NCBI GenBank assembly: GCA_937936645.1 | Contig: CALHCQ010000008.1 | Span: 1-46,222 of the forward strand | From: an uncultured Algibacter sp. | GTDB lineage: Bacteria; Bacteroidota; Bacteroidia; Flavobacteriales; Flavobacteriaceae | Direction of reading: 5' to 3' | DNA: 46,222 nt | Part shown: one piece after another, positions 37,829-46,222 of the stretch | Layout: the number at the start of each line of letters is the position of its first letter | Numbering within the stretch: position 1 is the first letter of the stretch | Translations under genes and position numbers: made by a program | The notes under the pieces: model-generated | The model's database searches: none | The model's input: the letters and a program-made list of their open reading frames with translations, nothing else | Told to the model about the DNA's origin: nothing

Positions 37829-40672
37829 ATGTCAGATAAAAAACGTGTATTTCTAGTCGATGCCTTTGCATTAATTTTTCGTGGCTATTATGCTTTTATT
37901 AAAAACCCAAGAATAAATTCTAAAGGCACAGACACATCGGCCATTTTAGGTTTTATGAACTCTTTACTAGATGTTATTAAACGTGAGCGCCCAGACCACT
38001 TAGCCGTTTGTTTTGACAAAGGCGGAAGTGTAGATCGTGTAGAGATGTTTACCGAATATAAAGCCAATAGAGATGAAACTCCGGAGGCCATTAAAATTGC
38101 CGTACCTATAATACAAGATATTTTAAAAGCCATGCACATCCCAATTATGGTTAAAGAGGGTTTCGAGGCCGACGATGTTATTGGTACGTTAGCAAAACAA
38201 GCCGAAAAAGAAGGCTACCAAACGTTTATGGTAACACCAGATAAGGATTTTGCGCAACTCGTGTCTGAAAACATTTTTATGTATCGCCCCGTATTTGGTG
38301 GCGGTTATGAAACCTGGGGTATACCAGAAGTTCAGAAAAAATTTGAAGTCACAAACCCTATACAGGTCATAGATTACTTAGGTATGATGGGAGACTCCAG
38401 CGATAATATTCCTGGACTACCAGGTGTTGGCGAAAAAACGGCCAAAAAATTTCTAGCGGCTTATGGCAGTATGGAAAACCTTTTAGCAAACACACACGAA
38501 CTAAAAGGTAAAATGAAAGAAAAAATAGAAGCTAACGGCGAATTAGGCTTACTTTCAAAAAAACTAGCCACTATAATGCTAGATGTACCCGTTACTTTTA
38601 ATGCTAAAGATTTTGAACTAGACCAGCCAAACATACCTGCTGTAAAAGCTATTTTTGAAGAATTAGAGTTTAGACGACTTATAGACAACTTCACAAAAAC
38701 ATTTACAACAACAGAACAAAGTAGTAGCGCGACACCTACCACGACTAAAAAAGAAATAAAAGAAACCCCTAAAGAGGCACAGGCAGCTGGCGCAGGGCAA
38801 TTCTCTTTATTTGGTGGCGACGCAAAAACAACAAGCACCAATACAGAAAGCAGTTCTCGTAAAACAATAAGCAACACGGCACACTTTTATCAAAGTGTAG
38901 CTCCAGGCATGGCCACTAAATTATTTATTAAAAACTTACTAAACCAAAGCTCGGTGTGCTTCGATACAGAAACCACAGGACTAAACCCGATAACAGCCAC
39001 CTTAGTAGGTATTGCTTTCTCTTGGGAAATAGGCAAAGGGTTTTACATTCCTTTTCCAGAAAATCAAGACGATGCAAAAGATTTAATAGAACAGCTACGT
39101 CCGTTTTTCGAAGCAGAACACATAGAAAAAGTTGGCCAAAATTTAAAATACGACATTAAAGTATTAGCTAAATACAACATTGGTGTTAAAGGTAAGTTAT
39201 TCGATACTATGCTGGCGCACTATCTCATTAATCCAGACATGAGGCATAATATGGATATTTTAGCAGAAACCTATTTAAATTATACCCCCGTACCCATAAC
39301 AGATTTAATTGGTAAAAAAGGTAAAAACCAAATAACAATGCGCGAGGTACCGCTAGAAAAACAAACGGAATACGCCGTTGAGGATAGCGACATAACACTA
39401 CAATTAAAAGAGCACTTTAAAAAAGAACTTGGCGAAGCAAATACACAACAATTATTCGACGATATAGAAATACCATTGCTTCGTGTTCTTGCGGCCATGG
39501 AATTGGAAGGTATTAACTTAGATCAAGAATTTTTAAGCACATTATCTAAAGACCTCAATAACGATATAAAGGCCCTAGAAGAAAACATTTATAAGACTGC
39601 TGGCGAAACCTTTAATATTGCATCGCCAAAGCAACTGGGTATTGTTTTATTTGAAAAACTAAAATTAGTAGACAAGCCTAAAAAAACAAAAACAGGACAA
39701 TACGCTACAGGCGAAGATATTTTATCTAACCTTGCCAAAGAGCACGACATTGTAAAACATATTTTAGAATATCGTGGCTTAGCTAAATTAAAGAGCACCT
39801 ATATAGACGCCCTACCAACACAGGTCGAACCAAGCACAGGAAGAGTACACACCGAGTACATGCAAACTGTTGCAGCAACAGGGCGCTTAAGCAGTAACAA
39901 CCCAAACCTACAAAATATACCCATACGTACAGAGCGAGGCCGACAAGTACGTAAAGCTTTCGTTCCAAGAAGTGAGGACTACACATTATTGGCAGCCGAT
40001 TATTCTCAAATAGAGCTACGCATCATTGCCGCACTAAGTCAAGAAGAAACCATGATTTCGGCCTTTAAAAATGGCGAAGATATTCACGCCTCTACAGCAT
40101 CCAAAGTATTTAACGTACCGTTAGACCAAGTAACTCGCGAGCAACGAAGCCATGCTAAAACCGTAAACTTCGGGATTATATATGGGGTTTCAGCCTTCGG
40201 ACTAAGTAACCAAACCGATCTTTCGCGTGGCGAATCTAAAATACTTATAGATACCTATTACGAAACCTACCCTAAATTACGCCAATATATAAGCGAACAA
40301 GTCGATTTTGCAAGAGACCACGGTTATGTAAAAACCGTTTTAGGACGCCGTCGTTACCTAAAAGATATCAACTCTAGAAATGCTGTAGTACGTGGTGCTG
40401 CAGAGCGAAACGCTGTTAACGCCCCAATACAAGGTAGCGCTGCCGATATTATTAAAATAGCAATGATTAATATTTTTAACAAGCTAGACGCTGGAAACTA
40501 CAAATCTAAAATGCTCTTGCAAGTCCATGATGAATTGGTTTTCGATGTTCACAAGTCTGAAATAGAACCCATAAAAAATCTTGTTAAAACCGAAATGGAA
40601 AATGCATACAAACTAGAGGTACCTTTAGATGTAGAATTTGACATGGGTGACAATTGGCTAGAAGCACATTAA
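37829..40672 (+). CDS. polA: DNA polymerase I
   Basis: 5'-3' exo (EADDVIG, GDSSDNIPG), 3'-5' exo (FDTETT), polymerase motifs DYSQIELR, KTVNFGIIYG, QVHDEL. Confidence 0.98.
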   Translation: MSDKKRVFLVDAFALIFRGYYAFIKNPRINSKGTDTSAILGFMNSLLDVIKRERPDHLAVCFDKGGSVDRVEMFTEYKANRDETPEAIKIAVPIIQDILKAMHIPIMVKEGFEADDVIGTLAKQAEKEGYQTFMVTPDKDFAQLVSENIFMYRPVFGGGYETWGIPEVQKKFEVTNPIQVIDYLGMMGDSSDNIPGLPGVGEKTAKKFLAAYGSMENLLANTHELKGKMKEKIEANGELGLLSKKLATIMLDVPVTFNAKDFELDQPNIPAVKAIFEELEFRRLIDNFTKTFTTTEQSSSATPTTTKKEIKETPKEAQAAGAGQFSLFGGDAKTTSTNTESSSRKTISNTAHFYQSVAPGMATKLFIKNLLNQSSVCFDTETTGLNPITATLVGIAFSWEIGKGFYIPFPENQDDAKDLIEQLRPFFEAEHIEKVGQNLKYDIKVLAKYNIGVKGKLFDTMLAHYLINPDMRHNMDILAETYLNYTPVPITDLIGKKGKNQITMREVPLEKQTEYAVEDSDITLQLKEHFKKELGEANTQQLFDDIEIPLLRVLAAMELEGINLDQEFLSTLSKDLNNDIKALEENIYKTAGETFNIASPKQLGIVLFEKLKLVDKPKKTKTGQYATGEDILSNLAKEHDIVKHILEYRGLAKLKSTYIDALPTQVEPSTGRVHTEYMQTVAATGRLSSNNPNLQNIPIRTERGRQVRKAFVPRSEDYTLLAADYSQIELRIIAALSQEETMISAFKNGEDIHASTASKVFNVPLDQVTREQRSHAKTVNFGIIYGVSAFGLSNQTDLSRGESKILIDTYYETYPKLRQYISEQVDFARDHGYVKTVLGRRRYLKDINSRNAVVRGAAERNAVNAPIQGSAADIIKIAMINIFNKLDAGNYKSKMLLQVHDELVFDVHKSEIEPIKNLVKTEMENAYKLEVPLDVEFDMGDNWLEAH

Positions 40673-40700
40673 TATAAAAACAAACAATTCAAGGTCTAGA

Positions 40701-41651
40701 ATGCGAAATATTATAATAGCTTTAGTGTTTTTTATGAGCCTAAATTTCTATGCTCAAGACACAACGAACCCTGATATTGTGTCCTTTAGGGAGAAGCTAT
40801 CGCTTAGAGCCAAAATAAAAAAGCAAGACGAAAGTTTTACTATAGTTAATAACAATAATACGTTTAATGTAGAGGCCTTAAACACCTTTAAATTACAACT
40901 CGCCGCAAACTATAAATTTATAGGCTTTAGTATTAGTTTTGCTCCAAAGAGCAAAACATCAGAACTTGTTTCTAGATTTTTTGAATCGGAAATTAACTTT
41001 TTCACTAAAAAAAAATGGATACAATCTTTTAACTATAGTAAAACAAAAGGCTTTTTTGCAAACAAAGCGCAAAGTGTAGACGCTCAAAAAGATTTCCCAA
41101 ATTTAAAAACAATACGATTTACAGGCACAACCTCCTATGTGTTTAATCCTAAATTTTCACTACAACACCTTATTAACCATAACGCATGGCAAAGACAAAG
41201 TGCAGGCAGTTTTATTCCTGCTTTAAATTATGGTATTAATAAAATAACGGACTTAGTAGAAAACGAAAAAATTACTCAAAACAATCTAGACCTCATCATA
41301 AAAACATCCTATTATTACACATGGTGTTTTAACAAAAATTGGTTTATTTCGTCTCACATATCACCCGGTATTGGGGTACGTTTCTCTTCAGAAAAACAAG
41401 CTACAGGAAAAACAAAAGACACACATACAACAAGAGTTTTTAATGTTGGCCTTCAGTACGGTTACACCTCTCATAAAATAAGCACAGGTATTGCTTTCAA
41501 TTTTAGATCTAATAAAATAACAAACAACGCATTTATTAGACGTAATAACAACAACAAAAACGATGTGAGTTTATATTTTACGTACCGAATAAAACCACCA
41601 AAAAAATTAAAGAAGTTAGCTCGAAAAATTGAAGAAAAAACAAACCTGTAA
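40701..41651 (+). CDS. Putative outer-membrane beta-barrel protein (DUF4421-like)
   Basis: Signal peptide, amphipathic strands, YKFIGFSISF, YSKTKGFF, YVFNPKFS and WQRQSAGSFIP segments I associate with DUF4421. Confidence 0.6.
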   Translation: MRNIIIALVFFMSLNFYAQDTTNPDIVSFREKLSLRAKIKKQDESFTIVNNNNTFNVEALNTFKLQLAANYKFIGFSISFAPKSKTSELVSRFFESEINFFTKKKWIQSFNYSKTKGFFANKAQSVDAQKDFPNLKTIRFTGTTSYVFNPKFSLQHLINHNAWQRQSAGSFIPALNYGINKITDLVENEKITQNNLDLIIKTSYYYTWCFNKNWFISSHISPGIGVRFSSEKQATGKTKDTHTTRVFNVGLQYGYTSHKISTGIAFNFRSNKITNNAFIRRNNNNKNDVSLYFTYRIKPPKKLKKLARKIEEKTNL

Positions 41652-41653
41652 TT

Positions 41654-43606
41654 TTACCTACGTTTTTTCTTGGCCTTAAACTTGGCCTTCGTTTTGCGCT
41701 TATTAAAAGGTATCGCATCGTTATAGGTGTTTTTAGCCTCACCTTTAGGTTTATTTTTGCGCCATTTTTCACCTTTTTCAGGAAGTAAAACCTTTAACAA
41801 ATCTTGCCTTCCTAACTTGCTTAATGTCTTTTTTATCCAAGCTTTATTTTCATCTTTATACCAAAAGAAAAAACGATGCTGCTCCTCCTTTTCCTTTCTT
41901 GTAATAGGAGTTTTAACCTTTTTTAAAGTATACGGGTGGTAACCACTATAATAGATTACCGTTGCTACCGTCATGGGTGTAGGTGTAAAACCTTGTACCT
42001 GCTCTAACTGGAATCCCATATCTTTGGTCTCGGCAGCCAAGTTAGCCATATCCTCGACCTCGCAAGCAGGGTGGTTCGATATAAAATAAGGTATCAACTG
42101 TAGTTTTAATCCTTTTTTAATATTAATCTTATCGAAACGCTCTTTAAATTTATGGAAATACGTAAACGACGGTTTACGCATTAATTTTAAAACAGGGTCG
42201 CTCGTATGCTCTGGCGCTACTTTAAGTCGGCCAGACACGTGCTTGGTCATAACCTCTTCGGTATAATCATCCAACTCTTTAGGGTCGGCATTTTTATTAA
42301 ATTCGGGCACCAACATATCATGACGAATACCACTACCAATAAAAGATTTTTTTACTTTAGGATGACTATCTACAGCCTGATACAAATCGGTTAACGGCTT
42401 GTGCGACGTATCTAGATTACTACAAATAACAGGCGAAATACAAGAAGGTGCCACACACTTATCGCAAATGGCCTGCACCTTACCTTTCATTTTATACATG
42501 TTGGCACTTGGCCCTCCAATGTCAGATAAATATCCTTTAAAATCTGGCATATTTGCCACGGTATCCACCTCTTTAAGTACCGACTCTTGGCTACGAGATG
42601 CAATAAATTTACCTTGATGTGCCGATATTGTACAAAAACTACACCCACCAAAACAACCGCGATGTATGTTTATAGAAAACTTAATCATCTCGAAAGCAGG
42701 AATAGGCCCTCGTTTATTATATTTTGGATGAGGCAATCGTGTGTAAGGCAAATCGAAAGACGCATCAATTTCCTTTTCGGTCATGGTAGGACATGGCGGA
42801 TTAATCATTAACGTCTTATCGCCAATTTTCTGAAAAATACGTCTTGCAGCCAACTTATTAGACTCCTGCTCTATAACCTTAAAGTTAGAAGCGTACTTCT
42901 TCTTATCTTTTAAACACAACTCATGCGAAGCAATTTCTACATCTTCCCAATTACTATTTTTAGGTACTTTAGCCCCCTTATCTAACAAAACAGCCGTTTG
43001 TTTAATGGTTGTTATACTAGAAAAAGGCACCCCTTTTTGCAGTAAACGCACCACTTCGCGTAAAGGCTGCTCGCCCATACCGTAAACCAACATATCTGCT
43101 TTCGATGTTTCTAGTATACTAGGCATAAGCCTATCGCTCCAAAAATCGTAATGTGTAACACGGCGTAACGAAGCCTCAATACCACCAATTAAAACAGGCG
43201 TATCTGGCCATTTTTCTTTTAGAATATTAGTATAAACCGTAGTGGCGTAATCGGGTCTAAAACCAATATCACCATTAGGCGTGTATGCATCCTTATCCCT
43301 GCGTTTTTTATTCGCATTATAATTACTAAGCATCGGGTCCATGCAACCACCAGTAACACCAAAAAACAATTTTGGCTTACCCATTTTTACAAAATCCTGA
43401 AGATTATCTTTTACATTAGGTTGCGGCACAATAGCCACGCGCAAACCGTAGCTCTCTAAAATACGCCCTATAACAGCAGGCCCAAACGATGGGTGATCTA
43501 CATAAGCATCGCCACTAAATAAAATAACATCTAGCGCATCCCAGCCGCGTATTTTCACCTCTTTATTTGTGGTAGGTAACCAATCCGAAAGTTTTAAATC
43601 TTGCAT
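41654..43606 (-). CDS. ygiQ: YgiQ/UPF0313-family radical SAM protein
   Basis: SGDAYVDHPSFG, GIEASLRR, RGCFGGCSFC (CxxxCxxC), KVAPEH, FTPTP. Start moved to ATG 43606. Confidence 0.93.
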   Translation of the reverse strand: MQDLKLSDWLPTTNKEVKIRGWDALDVILFSGDAYVDHPSFGPAVIGRILESYGLRVAIVPQPNVKDNLQDFVKMGKPKLFFGVTGGCMDPMLSNYNANKKRRDKDAYTPNGDIGFRPDYATTVYTNILKEKWPDTPVLIGGIEASLRRVTHYDFWSDRLMPSILETSKADMLVYGMGEQPLREVVRLLQKGVPFSSITTIKQTAVLLDKGAKVPKNSNWEDVEIASHELCLKDKKKYASNFKVIEQESNKLAARRIFQKIGDKTLMINPPCPTMTEKEIDASFDLPYTRLPHPKYNKRGPIPAFEMIKFSINIHRGCFGGCSFCTISAHQGKFIASRSQESVLKEVDTVANMPDFKGYLSDIGGPSANMYKMKGKVQAICDKCVAPSCISPVICSNLDTSHKPLTDLYQAVDSHPKVKKSFIGSGIRHDMLVPEFNKNADPKELDDYTEEVMTKHVSGRLKVAPEHTSDPVLKLMRKPSFTYFHKFKERFDKINIKKGLKLQLIPYFISNHPACEVEDMANLAAETKDMGFQLEQVQGFTPTPMTVATVIYYSGYHPYTLKKVKTPITRKEKEEQHRFFFWYKDENKAWIKKTLSKLGRQDLLKVLLPEKGEKWRKNKPKGEAKNTYNDAIPFNKRKTKAKFKAKKKRR

Positions 43607-43612
43607 ACCCTG

Positions 43613-43620
43613 CAAAAATA
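43613..43620 (-). promoter_or_regulatory. -7 box (TATTTTTG) for ygiQ
   Basis: Exact TAnnTTTG match only 6 nt upstream of the ATG. Confidence 0.7.
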
Positions 43621-43683
43621 GTTAAAAATTAGCGCTTACACATTATAATATAGAGTATCAAAGCTATAAATCTGTTAATTGGG

Positions 43684-43764
43684 GCGTTACCACAAGGGTC
43701 GGGCTTTACGCTGCAAGTCCGCGCTCGTGCCTCGCTGTGGGCTTTTCGCTGCAATCCCTAACGC
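43684..43764 (-). ncRNA. Structured GC-rich intergenic element resembling the Flavo-1 motif / flavobacterial dispersed repeat
   Basis: Terminal complementarity GCGTTA/TAACGC, internal 16-nt direct repeat GGGCTTTWCGCTGCAA (43701-43716, 43739-43754), nested hairpins, GC-rich against an AT-rich background. Family name is from memory and the functional strand is uncertain. Confidence 0.6.
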
Positions 43765-43785
43765 AAAAGCACAAACTCTATTTAA

Positions 43786-45417
43786 TTACAAATCCATAGC
43801 ACGTATACTCTCCAAACGGTTGCGCTCTAAAAAAGCATCAATCGTTTCGAAATGCTCTATAACACGCTGTTCTTTAAATTCGAATACTTTTTTAGACAGT
43901 CCCTGTAAAAAATCACGATCGTGAGATACTAAAATAAGTGTTCCATCAAAATTTAACAAAGCCTCCTTTAGTACATCTTTAGATTTTAAATCTAAATGAT
44001 TTGTTGGCTCATCTAAAATTAAAACATTTACAGGCTCTAGCAATAGCTTAACCATGGCCAATCGTGTTTTTTCGCCACCAGAAAGCACAGCCACTTTTTT
44101 ATCAATAGCATCGCCTTTAAACATAAAGCGCCCTAAAATATTTTTTATTTGCTTTCTTATATCGCCTTGGGCAACCTCGTCTACCGTTTGAAAAACAGTA
44201 AGTTCCTCGTCTAGCAATGCCGCTTGGTTTTGCGCAAAATACCCAATCTGTACATTATGCCCAAGTGTACATTGCCCATCAACATCTATCTCGCCTAAAA
44301 TGGCTTTTATCATGGTCGACTTCCCTTCGCCATTTCGCCCTACAAAACACACCTTTTCGCCTCGTGCTATAGACATACTTGCGTTTTTAAAAACCACATG
44401 ATCGTCGTAAGATTTCGAAACATCTTTAACCGTTACCGGGTAATCGCCAGAGCGCTGTGTTTTAGGAAAACGCAATTTTAATGCCGATGTATCCACATCA
44501 TCTACCTCTATAATTTCTAACTTTTCCAGCATACGCTCGCGCGAATTTACTTGGTTGGTTTTAGAAAACGTCCCTTTAAAACGATCTATAAACGCTTGAT
44601 TGTCTGCTATAAATTTCTTTTGCTCCTCATAGGCTTTTATTTGGTGCGCTCTACGGTCTTCGCGCAATTGCAAGTAATGCGAATAATTGGCTTTGTAATC
44701 GTAAATTTTACCCATAGTAACCTCTATGGTTCTATTAGTTATATGATCTATAAAAGCTTTATCGTGCGATATAACCACCACAGCATTGGCTTTGTTTAGC
44801 AAAAAATCTTCTAACCAAATAACAGATTCTATATCGATGTGGTTTGTTGGCTCGTCCAATAAAATTAAGTCGGGTTTTTGTAAAAGAATTTTAGCCAACT
44901 CAATACGCATACGCCAGCCCCCACTAAATTCGCTCGTTGCTCTACTAAAATCGTCTTGTTTAAAACCAAGCCCTTTTAAAGCTTTCTCTACTTCGGCATC
45001 GTAATTAACATCTTCTAGAGCATAAAAGGTTTCTCCTAAATCGGACACACGCTCTATAAGTTTCATATAAGCATCAGACTCGTAATCTGTTCGTGTTTCT
45101 AATTGCTTGTTTATAGCGTCCATTTCATTTCGCATATCGAACACATGGCTAAAAGCTTTCGAGGCCTCTTCAAAAACCGTTGCATCGTCTTCGGTTAGCA
45201 AATGCTGTGGTAAATATGCAATAACAGCTTCTTTAGGGCAACGTACATGCCCGCTTGTAGGGTTTTGTTTTCCTGCAATAATTTTCATCATTGTAGATTT
45301 TCCTGCTCCGTTTTTCCCCATAAGGGCAATTTTATCGTTTGCATTAATGGTAAAAGACACATCGCTAAACAATGTATGTCCGCTAAACGCTACGGCTAAA
45401 TTATCGACTGATATCAT
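43786..45417 (-). CDS. ABC-F family ATP-binding protein (ribosome-associated)
   Basis: Two ABC domains (GKNGAGKST/FSGGW/LDEPTNH and GRNGEGKST/LSGGE/LDEPTNH), no TMs. Start moved to ATG 45417. Confidence 0.95.
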   Translation of the reverse strand: MISVDNLAVAFSGHTLFSDVSFTINANDKIALMGKNGAGKSTMMKIIAGKQNPTSGHVRCPKEAVIAYLPQHLLTEDDATVFEEASKAFSHVFDMRNEMDAINKQLETRTDYESDAYMKLIERVSDLGETFYALEDVNYDAEVEKALKGLGFKQDDFSRATSEFSGGWRMRIELAKILLQKPDLILLDEPTNHIDIESVIWLEDFLLNKANAVVVISHDKAFIDHITNRTIEVTMGKIYDYKANYSHYLQLREDRRAHQIKAYEEQKKFIADNQAFIDRFKGTFSKTNQVNSRERMLEKLEIIEVDDVDTSALKLRFPKTQRSGDYPVTVKDVSKSYDDHVVFKNASMSIARGEKVCFVGRNGEGKSTMIKAILGEIDVDGQCTLGHNVQIGYFAQNQAALLDEELTVFQTVDEVAQGDIRKQIKNILGRFMFKGDAIDKKVAVLSGGEKTRLAMVKLLLEPVNVLILDEPTNHLDLKSKDVLKEALLNFDGTLILVSHDRDFLQGLSKKVFEFKEQRVIEHFETIDAFLERNRLESIRAMDL

Positions 45418-45441
45418 ATAAATTATTAAAATAATGAAACG

Positions 45442-45449
45442 CAAAATTA
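45442..45449 (-). promoter_or_regulatory. -7 box (TAATTTTG) for the ABC-F gene
   Basis: Exact TAnnTTTG match. Confidence 0.65.
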
Positions 45450-45554
45450 ATAAAAAGAGCAGTAAATAGCTTTTTTATTTATCAGACATAAATTACTACA
45501 AAACAAACACTTACAAGTATTTATTAAAAAAAATCGCAATTAAATAACTAAACA

Positions 45555-45581
45555 TGTAATTATTGGACTTAAAACACGTCT
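45555..45581 (+). promoter_or_regulatory. Putative ECF-sigma promoter (TGTAAT-N16-CGTCT)
   Basis: Resembles the tGtAAc-N16/17-CGwC ECF architecture; ends 23 nt before ATG 45605; no exact TAnnTTTG on the + strand of this spacer. Confidence 0.5.
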
Positions 45582-45604
45582 TATTGGGCTTACAAAAAAA
45601 TAAA

Positions 45605-46222
45605 ATGAAAAAAATGAAAACACTATTAACATTAGCAGCTGCTGTTGGTTTAGTAACAACAAGTTTAAATGCGCAAATTAACACCGATGGTTTTTTTAAC
45701 AAAAAAGGAGAGACAAACATTGCATTGTCTTACACAGAAGCAACTTTCGATGAGTTCTACCTAGGAGAAACTAGAATTGATGGCGTACCTGTGCATAACG
45801 AAATAGACCAAACGGTTTACGACATCTATGCAAATTACGGTATTACAGATCGTTTAACTGTAATTGCAAATTTACCTTTTATAGTTGCAGAGGGTAATGG
45901 CGGTGCAGACCCGGTTAACGGAGAAACAAAACAAAGTGACTTACAAGATATTAGTTTAATATTAAAGTGGGCCGCTTTTGTAAAAGAAGAAAACGGTAAC
46001 AAAGTAACAGGGATAGCAACAATAGGAGGATCTTATGCTTTTGATTATGAAGCTAATGGTATATTATCTATTGGTAGTGGTGCTCCAGAAATAGATGCTA
46101 AATTAGGTTTACAATACAACGATAAGTCTGGTTTTTTTGGTAATGCATTTGTAGGTTATGCCCTTAAAGGAGAAGCAGACAATACTTTTGGCCTTGGTGA
46201 CGGTGGTAAATTTGACGTACCA
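45605..46222 (+). CDS. Exported, probably outer-membrane beta-barrel protein (5' part; runs off the right edge)
   Basis: Not in the ORF track. Read manually: MKKMKTLLTLAAAVGLVTTSLNA-QINTDGFFNKKGETNIALSYT..YDIYANYGITDRLTVIANLPFI..DLQDISLILKW, open for 206 codons. Sec signal plus alternating amphipathic strands. Confidence 0.8.
   Translation, partial: MKKMKTLLTLAAAVGLVTTSLNAQINTDGFFNKKGETNIALSYTEATFDEFYLGETRIDGVPVHNEIDQTVYDIYANYGITDRLTVIANLPFIVAEGNGGADPVNGETKQSDLQDISLILKWAAFVKEENGNKVTGIATIGGSYAFDYEANGILSIGSGAPEIDAKLGLQYNDKSGFFGNAFVGYALKGEADNTFGLGDGGKFDVP

Noticed and set aside
43701-43754. Two 16-nt direct repeats as a possible mini-CRISPR
   Set aside because: Only two short copies with a 22-nt gap, embedded in one fold-back structure, and no cas genes nearby.
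43679-43924. 81-aa plus-strand ORF over the GC-rich element
   Set aside because: A by-product of the stop-poor structured element and the antisense strand of the ABC-F 3' end.
43786-45417. ABC-F as an antibiotic-resistance determinant
   Set aside because: Housekeeping context with no mobile element or leader peptide; subfamily cannot be assigned without HMMs.
3447-45720. Many short antisense or alternate-frame ORFs in the track (e.g. 5318-5656, 16361-16789, 32860-33312, 33428-33889, 38461-38877, 45511-45720)
   Set aside because: They overlap well-supported conserved genes, show low-complexity shadow composition and have no recognisable motifs.
1-46222. Absence of Shine-Dalgarno sequences
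   Set aside because: Established phylum-wide property of Bacteroidota, not a local anomaly.

Overview
AT-rich chromosomal window from a Flavobacteriaceae (Bacteroidota) genome, probably a marine lineage. It is almost entirely conserved core genes, mostly on the minus strand. It holds a split respiratory locus: alternative complex III (actABCDEF) followed by aa3-type oxidase subunits II and I (19-30.5 kb), and a second block with cyoE, two subunit-III paralogs, subunit IV, a degenerate SCO, an intact SCO and a DUF420 gene (0-4.8 kb). Between the blocks lie ruvB, queG, maeB, ruvA, the T9SS translocon sprA, gcvH, a VanZ-family gene and a TonB. After these come a SPOR protein, rimP-nusA-infB with a leader attenuator, a Cys-deficient thioredoxin, a metallophosphoesterase, polA, a DUF4421-like outer-membrane protein, a YgiQ radical SAM protein, an ABC-F ATPase and the 5' part of an outer-membrane beta-barrel-like gene. 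Bacteroidota -7 promoter boxes (TAnnTTTG) sit before most transcription units and correct several ORF-track starts. I saw no prophage, IS, CRISPR array, tRNA, rRNA or defence island, and no clear new multi-gene system. The best leads are small: an 81-nt structured GC-rich element (Flavo-1-like, with ssDNA-type hairpin features), a Fur-box-like palindrome upstream of the ACIII operon, terminators fused to promoters, a probably leaderless ygiQ, two catalytically degenerate thioredoxin-fold proteins, and the ECF-promoter-driven gene at the right edge. No database searches were run; family assignments rest on motif recognition and recall.
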